From Haliotis rufescens (taxonomy: Eukaryota): a stretch of DNA of 64,000 bases. Numbering within the stretch: the first letter of the stretch is position 1; each line of letters starts with the position of its first letter. A model generated the notes under the pieces. That model saw only the letters and a list, made by a program, of their open reading frames with translations. It was not told where the DNA came from and made no database searches. The DNA is taken from assembly GCF_023055435.1 (NCBI RefSeq), contig NW_025963791.1, forward strand, positions 21,638,001 to 21,702,000. The letters are read 5' to 3'. Positions 1-11,900 of the stretch are shown here, piece after piece. The position numbers and the translations under genes were made by a program.

Positions 1-47
1 CTCATACTTATCGCGAACGTGCTGCGAGGCCGACACCTATGGCATTA

Positions 48-237
48 TGAGGCGACTAACGGGATCGGGTGGTCAGGCTCGCTCACTTGTTTGATGCATG
101 TCATCGTATCCCAGTTACGTGGATCGATGCTCATTGTGTCCATCACTGGATCGTCTGGTCCACAGTCGATTATTTACGGACAGCCGTCATATATCTGGAA
201 TATTGTTGAGTGCGACGTTAAACAACAAAAAACAAAA
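48..237 (+). mobile_element. short retroposon family D, partial copy
   Basis: gaggcgactaacgggatcgggtggtcaggctcgct...ggaatattgttgagtgcgacgttaaacaacaa; matches about 20 other copies in the window. Confidence 0.8.
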
Positions 238-1017
238 AAACATTGGCATTACCAGATGCAGGTTGACATGCCTGTATCGTTTCAAATGGATCAAGGACCA
301 CTAAATTATTGGCTTACGATAAGTTCTAGGAGTTAAGATTCCTTTCAGGAACAGGACCCTGATGTTAGCGTAGTCACAAGAATACGTAGCTGTACACGCC
401 AAAAAATATCATGGGTCAATAAAAAATAGTTGTGAGTATGCAGCTGGAATCTACGTATTCCTGTTGCGTCGTACATAAAACGCACAAGGAAATCGAACCT
501 TCTTTTAAACAGATGTATCTTACAAGATTGTAAACCCAGCGATCAATTTGGATATTTCCGGTACATTTTGACATTGACCATAAACCAAATGCAGGACATA
601 AATTCACCGACATCACTTGTGAAAGTAGCAACAGGCCCTTCTATGTTACTGCGCATCCTTGACGAGCCAATTTCTAAGCAGACGACATCCGTTCCATCGG
701 GCTCCCTTCCTCAATCGAAGCCAACAGCAGTGTAAAGAGTTTAGCTGTAACATTACCACGCGAGCATGATCCCGGAATCAATCGGCGTATACTGAATGCG
801 TATCAATCACCGGGGACAAAGTGCTGTAATCACTAGCGTTAAACAGCTAAGCGGATCCAATGGCAAAATCTATAGAAATGATTGGGCAGCGTATGAAGGC
901 GAGGATCGAGTCGTGTATTAGGTGTCAGAAGTCGACAGGCAACGGACGCACGGTCATCACGTTCGTAATTATAACACATCAAAGCGATGTTAATGGATGA
1001 GTTGAGATACACTTAGG

Positions 1018-1366
1018 TGAGGTGAGGTGAAATGGGGTTTAACGTCGCGTCCAAGATTATTGCACTTATATAGCGACGTGCATGTACGTGTGTGTGTTTT
1101 TGTGGCTGCTTGTACTAGTCCGGACTGATGCCGATTTATAGTGCTAGCTCACTGAGATACCATGTCGCAGTTTAACATGAATACCCCACTCAGACACAGT
1201 ATACTGACTCCGAGCCGACCAGTCCTTGTTTTAGCCCCTTAATGCCGAGCGCCAGACCAACAAGTACCATCTTTTAACGTCTTTTGGTATGACGCGGCCG
1301 GGGATCGAACCCCGGACCTTCCGCTCTCCGGGCGGACGCTCCACCATTAGACCACGGAGGCCGTCA
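1018..1366 (-). mobile_element. tRNA-derived SINE family B (Nin/Meta-domain-like body), full length
   Basis: B box (rc of gggatcgaacc), (CACCT)n tail, 14-bp TSD gagatacacttagg at 1004-1017 and 1367-1380. Confidence 0.9.
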
Positions 1367-2196
1367 GAGATACACTTAGGCTTGACTAGGTTACACAAGC
1401 GTGTGACTGTTTATGCTGACAAGTGCAGATCCGGAGCTACGGAAATAAACTCCACAAGTGGTTCACTTCCTGTTTTTCGTGTATGCTCTGTACGGATCTG
1501 TATGAAGCAATTAAATGGAGTATTAGCATTGAAACGTTTATTGTCGTTTGAAAGATAGTTTGAATATACTTAAAAACATATTCCCAATAACATATGATTC
1601 GGATCAGGAGAAATCATGGATTTTCAGAAACGAATAATATGATGGTAAACGTTTACTACCGACTAGTTCAAATATTTTGGGGGCGTGGATATGTCGTTGG
1701 GGTAGTTATATGGTAGGTAAATATATGTGGTTTTAAATTATGTTGGGCTTTGTTTTTGTTTGTTTACGCCGCAAATCAGCAATATTCAAGCTATAAATAT
1801 AATTATATTCTCAAGAAAAGTACTTCAATGATGTATAGTGTAAGGTCTTCTGGCCCATATAACATACAACACAGAGGTACGAACACAAGACGTTTACTTG
1901 ACAAAGACAATAACGAGACTCGTTACAATCGAAATCGGATCACGCGTCATAGTCCATGATTCCACGTGCAGCCACCGTTGGGGACCGTTGCGTTCGGGCG
2001 AAGCTGTCCAGTACCGGGCACAACCTCACAATAGCTAATTAGGGATAACAGTGAACAGTTGCTCTCCATGGGTGTTTATATCAATTTTTATTAACAAGAC
2101 TTGCAACGGTGCCGAAAGAAACCCCACAATATCGGATGCCCAACTTGGTTTGAAAAATGGTTATTTAACTATAGATGCAATCTTTGTTTGACATTG

Positions 2197-2338
2197 AGCG
2201 AGTGAGTATGGTTTTACGTCGGCAATATCGGGACGGGGAACACCAGAAATCGATTACAGACATTGTACCCACGTGAGGAATCGAACCCGGCCCTTCGGCA
2301 TAGCGAAAACGATTTTTGTACCCGGCTACCCCAGCCCC
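2197..2338 (-). mobile_element. SINE family A, diverged copy
   Basis: gagtgagtatggttttacg...cacattgtaccca...gaatcgaacccgg. Confidence 0.7.
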
Positions 2339-3819
2339 CTCCCCTTCCCTTTCCTTTACACGCGTTACTAAACAAATATATGTTATTAAAACGTCGGTAT
2401 TGTACATTTGTAGACTTGTGAAAAGCCTTTGATAGTATTGATAAAAATGGTATTCAAAATGTCTTTACAAATCGTGCAAGCTAAAAATGTTGAAAATCAT
2501 ATTATGTATATTTTTGCGATGGGAAATCTTGAGTAAATGTATGAAATGCATCACCGATACTTTTTTCCTTATTTATTGGGGACTTAAAACTTAAACTGCG
2601 GGAAAACATTTACAGTGGATTGCTGATAGATAATATAGATATATTTATTGTGTTATTTGCTGATGGGCATGATACTTCTATCGCCCTCATCCTGGGGGCT
2701 ACAGGGATTGTTAGACAGTTTTACATGACTGTTGTGTTGAAAGGGGTCTTCAAATTAATGCTAATAAATCTAAAGCGATGGTGTTCCGAAAAAGCAGAAT
2801 AAATATTGGATGTACAGTGACAAACATTTGGATAAAGTGGACAAATTTAATTACTTAAACAATAATTACATGTGATAACAATTTTAAGCTAGATCAAAAC
2901 TATTTGCGGGTAAAGTCATATAACTATTAACAATCATTTGCATGAAATCCAGACATGTGATTTTACGCCTAGGTTATGTTGCCAATTATTTTATTAATTT
3001 GTTACATCTGCCATACATCATAGCCGTGAAATATGGAGTGTTGTGAATTTGTAAGAAATCGAACGTACACGAGTACATCTAAAATTCTAAATATGTTCTC
3101 AATGTACATAAAAAGCATGTAATTATGCAAGTTCTCGAAAGATGGGCAGATACCATTTGTAGGAATATCTAGTTATGTTAGAGTAACACGTGACTTGTTC
3201 GAGCTGCTACAAAGATCAAACTCTTTACTTAAATTAGAATAATATTGTTTCCTTACATTATTGTGTCATTGTTGTCCAGACTCGATTTTTTTAGACCGCC
3301 GCCATATAGCTGGAATATTGCTGAGTGCAGCGTAAAATAACAAACCAAACTATTTACATCTTATATACTATAAAGATAAGACTTGTATTAGTAAAAACAT
3401 CCGTGATCAGAATAAATAACTCATAGAAACAGGTCTCAATCACACTCAGAGCAGAGAACTAATAATAATATTTCTGAAGTTAAAGATGAGTTCCGCTGTG
3501 CATGTGTGCCTGTGGTATAAAGTTAACAGTGTTAAATGTGTTGATCCACAGGTTTGGGCAACGCCAAGTATATAACATATTCTCTTACCAACAAGCACTT
3601 GTAAATAACCAATGAATATTTCGAAATAGATAAAATATTCTACTACTTTTGTATAATGAATTCTATCCTCGAGTTGGTCTCGGTCAGCACTGATTAATAT
3701 TGTATGGTACTGAGATGAAGGACCTAGCGTCCAAGCCTTCGTCAATAAAATATGTCTGTCTGACACAAGCCAATGTGAAATTTGAGGTGTTACGCCATGC
3801 ACAAGGGCCCTTGTATCAT

Positions 3820-4060
3820 TTTGTTAAACGCCACATTCGGCAATATTCCAGCTATATGACAGCGGTCTGTAATTTGGCCAGACAATCCAGTGATTGACAT
3901 CATGAGCATCGATCTCACAATTGGGATACGATGACATGCATCAACCAAGTCAGCGAGCCTGACCACCCGATCTCGTTAGCCGTCTATTACGGCAAGCATT
4001 GTCGCCTTTTACGACAACCATAGGTTGCTGAAGACCTATTCTACCCCGGATCTCCACGGG
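3820..4060 (-). mobile_element. retroposon family D, near full length
   Basis: Rc of the family D consensus, from the tail to ctaccccggatctccacgggt. Confidence 0.85.
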
Positions 4061-4334
4061 TATCATTGGTACATGTACTAAGACTAATCCACAATTGTGT
4101 AAAAAGAAAAGTACCAAAGAGAACCATCCACCAGTCACCATCCACTGGTACAAAGATGTTTACGGCGTCTAACATGTCGACACTCGTGGAATGTGGAAAG
4201 AATTTCGAAACCGGAATCTGCACAAAAATTACATTCAAAGATGGTATATACAATTATGAGAAAAGTTAATCTCTATAAAGTGTAGCAGGGCGTTAAGTCA
4301 TCCACACCTTGTCAGCATGCTGACGGGGTTAACA

Positions 4335-4405
4335 TCTTTGGTCACGTGGACAAGGCGTCCGACCTCGTGATCAGAAGGTCCGTGGTTCGAATCCCATTAC
4401 GGGAC
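4335..4405 (+). pseudogene. tRNA-like sequence (Arg-like arms), probably a SINE head or tRNA pseudogene
   Basis: tggtcacgtggacaaggcgtccgacctcgtgatcagaaggtccgtggttcgaatccc has A and B boxes, but the acceptor and anticodon stems are imperfect. Confidence 0.5.
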
Positions 4406-4596
4406 TCGGAAATTTTATGTCCGCTTCATTGTCACTCAACCTGGGGATGAATACGTCCATATTAAATCTGAGCAAATAAGCCTCAGTACCCCATTATGCG
4501 GCCCGGGACGTGCCTTCTGTTGACGGGAGAGTATGTAGCAGGGAGTGGAGTCATACCACTGACTCGGAAATTTTATGGCCGTTACGAAAGCAAAAA

Positions 4597-4764
4597 GTGA
4601 AGTGAAGTGAGTATGGTTTTACGCCGCTTTTAGCAATATTCCAGCAATATCACGGCGGGGGACACCAGAAATGGGATTCACACATTGTACCCATGTCGGG
4701 AATCGAACCCGGGTCTTCGGCGTGACGAGCTAACGCTTTAACCACTAGGCTACCCGACCGCCCC
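4597..4764 (-). mobile_element. tRNA-derived SINE family A (~165 bp), full length
   Basis: A/B boxes on the minus strand; 13-bp TSD acgaaagcaaaaa at 4584-4596 and 4765-4777. Confidence 0.9.
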
Positions 4765-5561
4765 ACGAAAGCAAAAAAGGAAAGGTTTAAAACATTCGCG
4801 GCCGTTCGCAACGTCACTTTAAAATCTAGTTCTTTTTTAAAGACTTCCCGCATCGTATATTCAGTGTATCTGTCACCTGCCAAGTAGACAATTTGTGTTT
4901 TAGTCAAAAAGTTGAAAAAAATATTTAAGAAATTACCTGTCTGGTTCGATTTCAGTTGTTAAATTATCAGTCCTCCTCCATAACTCATCATTTAAAAATA
5001 AATAAATTATTTATTCATATGTCGACCAAGCTATGTCTCCATATGTGTTTTTATATTGTTATAGATCGTTTGTTAGGTTTATCAATATACAAAAAGAAAT
5101 GTCGATGGATTGGGGGTAAGATTTGAACCTGGGGATAATGTATCTACTACATTGATCGCCTTTATAGGGCACGTTGAGGTTGGCTCATTAGAGTTACCTC
5201 CCCTGCAAAGCACGTTCTCGTTGATAATTCTGGTTGGTAGTGAAAGGCGTAATCAGAGACGGGATTGTGATATTCAGACACCCAAACCGATTGTCCATGG
5301 GTGCATCTGATAATATCATGAATAAAACCATATTGTAACATTTATCAGTGTGTATTTGTGAAATAAGGAGTGAAATTCCGTGTTTTAATATAGAAGGGTT
5401 GTCTCCAATCTAAAGAAAAGACATTCAAATTCATGATATTGTCAATGGTCAATATAGATCTAGTGATACAGTTCACATTAGGAAAACACGGATTGAAAAT
5501 TACTTTTTGGTTTCAAAATTTATTATTTCGAAGTTACGAAGTACACACCTCTAAAATTCAG

Positions 5562-5956
5562 ATGGAAACTTATTGCAGCTCAGATTTGGAAGATGGTGAT
5601 ATTCAGCCAATCACAGAATGGCCTGTTACAGCCAGTGACAATCAGAATGAAACACAGCCAATCAGTGGATGGCCTGTTCAAGTCAACGAAGCACCATATC
5701 TTTCCACTTCCATTAAAAAACAACGAACATGCAAAGAAAATGACAGCAGTGTCACGCAATGTGATTCAACGAGAAGGCATTGTGAAACTTCTGAGAATCT
5801 GAAGAGGAAAAGGGCGAACCCAGGAAACAGAAGCTGTGTGATGTTGGCAAGAGCTGCCCTAGCAAGATGGTGGAGACAAACAGGAAAATATTCAATCCCA
5901 GTGTCAGATCTACCACAGACTCACAATCCAAACACCCTCCTACACTACATCTCAAG
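5562..5956 (+). CDS. JmjC gene coding exon 1 (low-complexity N-terminus, LKRKR basic motif)
   Basis: Lies within ORF 5433-5960; donor AG|GTAGGT at 5957 joins in phase to 7195. Confidence 0.65.
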
Positions 5957-8900
5957 GTAGGTAAAACATGGTGATCGGAACAAGTGAAGTTAATGGTATG
6001 GACCATGATAATATCTTGTCTAATGAAAGATCAGTGCAGAGCTCCATATTTCTGCATTTCTGATGTGTATTTTACGCAGATACGCAGCTTATCTGGAGCT
6101 CAGATCAGTGTTCACCTGTAATCCACCAGTGGGGATTCTGGGTAAGAATATAGAAACCTATGCTTGCCGTGAGAGTCGACTTAAGGGATAGGGTGGTCAG
6201 GCTTGGTGATTGCATGTCGTATCCTTTTTGTGTAGATTAATGCTCATGATGTCAATCAATGGATTGTCTGGTCCAGACAATTATTTACAGACTGCAGTCA
6301 TATAGCTGGAATATTATATTGCGGAGTGTGGCATCAAACACCAAACTGACCAGATGCTTAGATAATTGCTTTCTTCATTGGAGAAAACACTCGGCTAACA
6401 TGTTCCCATACTACAACAACTGCCTCACCCCTCATGTTGATATTGCAGGAATTTTACTGACTGCAGTGTAAAACATCACTCACTCACTCACTGACACTTA
6501 TTACTTAACATCAGTAAAACTGTTTATTGCCAGTTGAGATCCAATTCAATTAAAGGGATGTGTCCAATTTTATCATCCTCATATGTGCCGTATATTATTA
6601 TGATTATATTTAAGATTAATACATTGAAGTTGCAGTACATGTTTGGAATGACCTCTACCATCCACCCCAGATATGACACGAGTGGACACACACACAAGTG
6701 TCAAGTGAAAAATACTTGCCCTTAACGTTAAGTATCTGTGAATTGCGTACTAAGTGTCATGTGAGTTTATGGGTAAACATCTTTTTTTTTATTACCCTAA
6801 ACATTTTAAATGCTAAAGTAGGTTAAATGTTTTTGAATAAATATGAATATTCTTAAAGCCTTTGCACTTTTACCGTGTATAATTTGTCTTGATGAAATAG
6901 CAGCCTAAAATGTTTCCTATCCATTTCTAACATTACTTTCATACGAGTGAGTGAGTATGTTTTTTTGCCCCTTTTAGCAATAGTCCAGCACTCTCACGGC
7001 TTGGGACACCAGCAATGGGCTTTAAACATTGTACCCATGTGGGGAATCGAACCTCGGCCGTCGGCGTGACAAGTGAACACTTTAACCACTAGGCTACCCC
7101 AGCGCCCCTATGTTTATATGAAGCACTGAACTAAAATGAGTTTTCTTTAAATTTTATTTACTGGTGGTGAAGCATTTCGTGAACATTTTTTCAGATGCCG
7201 ACCAGGTGTGGAGTTTTTGAAAAGCCAGAGAAACAAGTTGGAGATACTATTAGACCTTGGAGAAAGGGACGGGGAAGTCTATGCTGCCTTGGGAACTGTG
7301 GAAGAAAGCCTGGGCAATCTCACAAAGGCAGAACAGCATCTGAAACAAGCTCTCACAGAAGACCCTGATAGTATGCTATTGTTTTCTTTGTATTTGTTTG
7401 TTTGTGTGACGGTGGTCTGTAAATAACCAAGTCTGGTCCAGAGCATCCAGTGATTGACATCATGAGCACTGAACCACACAATTGGCATACGATGACATGC
7501 ATCAACCAAGTCAGCGAGCCTGACCACTCGCACTGTTAGCCGCCTCCTACTGCATCTTCCCAAGACAAGGGAGTAAACTGACTGTAAAAGTCTAGTTTCA
7601 CCCTTGCCGAACTAGGCTGGAATTTTGGTGTTATGTTTTGGCTGGACTAACGAATTTGTGCATAATCCAATCAAAATCGCTGGTGTGTAGACTGACATGC
7701 AGATTTCTGTCGATTGCAGGATTTGCAAAGCATGTGTATATGGTGTACCGACAACTTACCGTCAACAGATTTTCCAAATCTTGTGATCACGTGATTTAAT
7801 GCATGATCAGATCGTCTTCACTGGGTTACACCATTTTATTTGAAGCAAATGCAGGTGATATGAGAGGTGGAATCTGATTGGTCAATAGGCGGGACCTAGA
7901 AGGGACAAAACCTGTAAGAGCCACTGGTGGCGTTAAGATCGAGCCTGGTACAGTCAGTTAACTCCCCTGTCTCAGGAAGATGGCTTCCAGTGGCTATTGA
8001 GGGCCAGAATAGGTGGATGCAGTGGATTTCAGCACTAATTCCCTGACTGTTTCAGACAAGGAATACCGATGGCACCTGCACAAGGTGGAGAGGCAAGTGC
8101 AGGTAAAGCAGCAGCAGGACAAGATGCTGACAGAACTTGCTGGGCACAAATTGGAACTCAGACCTATCAAACAGGTGAGAGTATTGGATGTAATAGACAT
8201 TTTGAATATCACATTTTTTCTGATCAGCTTTGAATCTGAAAAGGAAAATCTCTAAATTTTGTGGAGTATCATTCCTTATATGTTTTCAGGAAAGGTTTGA
8301 AATTAATATTTAATTTAAAAAGAAATTCTCTTTAAATTGTCCCTAACAAATTTCTTTATAAGTTCACTCATAAAAAGAAAATTGATGATATTTGAAAGCC
8401 GAAACAACAACTCAATTCCCTTTCAGGTGAAGCGAGTTTCAGCAAGAGGTCTGTCCATGCAAGAGTTTTTCTATGCCTTCGCTGCAACCAGTACACCGGT
8501 GGTCATCACGGACTTAGTGGACAAGATGACCTCTGTCCCCTGGACATTGCAGCACATCAGAGATGTGGCAGGTAACATTCATTTCCTTGCTATCAATCTC
8601 ACTAAACTATATCTATACATGGTGAAACCCTGTTGAAAGTCATTGTCAGCAAGGCACATGAATTGTCCCGTAAAGGTAGTGACCAGCTGATAAGTTGCTA
8701 GGAGCTAACGACAAGTTTTTATGTTGCAATTTCCTTCATAGGAAACAAATATATTTTGATGTTGATTTTTCTGTTTATGTTGGTTGGTTTGTTTGTTGTT
8801 TAACGCCGCACTAAGCAATATTCCAGCTATATGACGGCGGTCTGTATAATCGAGTCTGTACCAGACAATCCAGTGATTAATATCATGAGCATTGATCTAC

Positions 8901-11900
8901 GCATTCGGGATACAATGACATGCATCAACCAAGTCAGCGAGCTTGACCACCCGATCCCTTTAGTTGCCTCTTACGACAAGGATAGTCGCCTTTTACGGCA
9001 AGCATGGGTTGCTGAAGACCTATTCTACCCCGGATCTTCAGGTTATGTAAGCTGGTTTCATATGATGATAAAAAGAGAAGGACAAAGTCTGTTGTTGTTA
9101 ATGTATCTCTCTTCTTTAGGTGAAGGGGCGGTCGGCTAGCCTAGTGGTTAAAGCATTCACTTGTCACGCCGAAGACCCGGGTTTGATTCCCGACATGGGT
9201 ATAATGTGTGAAGCCCATTTCTGGCGTCCCCCACGGTGATATTGCTGGAATATTGCTAAAAGAGACATAAAACCATACTCACTCACTCTTTAGGTGAAGT
9301 CGGAGTCACCCTGAAGAAACCGGTGGATGGGTCTGTTGAATGGGCAGGGCTTGAGGAGGGGGACACTGTGACCGTGGGAGAATACATAGACCAGACCCTG
9401 ACCCCCAGGGGCACAGAGAGGCAGGGTGAGGGGAGTGTTCCCTCCGTGCAGTACCTGTTTGATTGGAGCCTCCCCCTACACTGCCCCAGGCTGGTGGAGG
9501 AACTCTCTGTACCCAGGTATTTTGCAGGTAGGATTTCATAATTGAGAATTGTTTAAATGACATCTGAACACCGCCTAGAGCAAATCATTTAAAAGTTAAA
9601 GATGCTCTTGGATTACCAGTATGTTTAGTCAAATTCTACCAACTTTGACTTTTTATTTCAGCGGGTGGCGATTCTTGGTAGAGTAGGTGCTAGGTATCTC
9701 ATGCTTGTTTTGCCACACTCTGCAGTATTCCAGCTATGTGATGGCTGTCTGTAAATAACAAATCCGGACCAGAAAATCCAGTGATTGACATCATGAACAT
9801 CAATCCACACAATTGGGATACGATGACATGCATCAACCAAGTCAGCGAGCCTGACCAAACGATCCCATTAGTCGCCTATTACGACAATCATAGTCGCCTT
9901 TTACGGCAAGCATGGGTTGCTGAAGACCTATTCTACCCCAGATCTTCACGGGTGAACAGGATAAGGTGGTTACAATGTGTGACCTGGCTCATTGTGTGTG
10001 TGTCAATCATGCCCGCATGGTGTGAATCACTGCTTGTGAGTCGACACCTGGTTTCCTTGAGTCAGACTTGAGTATTCAGACCAATGTGATAAAGCTAGAA
10101 TACAGATAACAACGGCATAAAACAACATTCACTCATGCCGGTGGATGTGCAGTATCCATAAGGCTGCATCCAATGAATGATTATTTTCCTCGACCACCCT
10201 CTGTGACAGTGTGTGTGTGCTGCAGGTGACCTGCTCCAGAGGACCAGTGGAGGCAGCCTGTACCAGGACAGTTGGCCCAGTCTGTTCCTGGCCCCCGCAG
10301 GGCTCTGCAGCCAGCTACACATCGATGCCTTTGCATCCAACTTCTGGATGGCTCTCTTCCAGGGCAGGAAACGGTACGTGGAAATTGGAATCACGTTTCT
10401 AGATTGATCATCTCATCCCAGCATCCATTCACTTGCCTCCCTCTGTTCACCATCTTGGACCTTGACCTCATAGTCGTAGTCCTCAGGTCGCTTTTGTGAA
10501 AAATAATAAAAAAGGTGTCAACTTTCAAAGGATATGACAAGGCTTCATCTCAAAAGACGTTTGAAATGTTTTTATCAAAGTTGGTATATATTTACTTTTG
10601 AAGAGAATCCTTATTGTGGAAAGTTTTGTAATTGTAATAAGTCAGACATATGTCCAGCAGTGTAGAATTGCCTAAGTTGTCTCAAGAGAGTCACACTTGG
10701 TGTGATTTCATTGCAGCAGAAGTCCCCAGTACCCCATGATTCTTTTAAGAGCATAAATAGGCATTGGTCGGTGATAATGGCTGCCGAGTATAAACAGAGG
10801 CGTGTTCAGGAGGGCGGGCGGGCGCTCGCGATATTACGCGAGCGCGCGCTGCTGAACACGGCTTACCGCGCGAGCGCACACGTGTACTCGCAATCGAGCC
10901 CAAGAGGTAGTTCACCTCGTAATCCAAGATGGCGTCGCACATTGAACAAATGTTTGCCTTTGGCGAGAATGAAACCGATGTCAATAGAATAATCTTTTAG
11001 ACAAGATCTACCATCAAAAAGTTATTTTTGCATTTTCAATATATTGACCCGTGATGATCAGGGAAGACAATAGGTCTTCCGCAACCCATATGTTTGCCGT
11101 AAGGATCGAGTGATAAGACTCGCTGACTTGGGTGATGCATGTCATCGTATCCCCATTGCACAGACCGATGCTCATGTCGATTGCTGGATTGTCTGGTCCA
11201 GCACAGGGACATGTAACTAATAATAAAAATAAACACTTTGTTATCATGAACATCAAAGTATGAACCCATCAAACTTGTGATGAAATTAAATGTGTGAATC
11301 TATGACACTTGTGGACAGGGCTGTTTTGATTCCCGGTGACGCCATTTTGGATGCTGTGCCGCGAGAGCGAGTACGCGCCTCCTGTTCAGAAAGGCGTGAT
11401 ATTGCCTCACTGTACTCTCGCACGGTCGCTCGCCCTCCTGAACACGCCTCAGGTCATGTATGGGTGACTATAACGATACAATATGGTGTGTTGTAGATGG
11501 ACCTTCTTCAGTAGAGGTGACGTGGCCTCTCTGTACCCACGGTACTTTCACTCCATGGACCCGACATTTGATGTCGACTTGACCTCGCCTAACCTCGAGA
11601 CCCATCCTCTGATGTCCTTGGCCCAGCCTCTGCAGTGTGATCTCAAACAAGGTATCATCAAAATGTTCCCATTACACAGATTGTTGTTACAGTCGTCCTG
11701 AAGACTGGAACGTTATGTTCAATAAGGAGGATTCTGGGTAGGCCTCCATCTTGTGGAAAGAATAACTGTAGTACTAATGAGTACATAAAGTTCCCAACAA
11801 GCATGGCTGAGCGTAATTATCGATCGTGTTTAGAATGTGACACTTTATAGGTAAATTTTTCACAAACATAATTTATGAAGCATGGATTATCAATTTTAAT

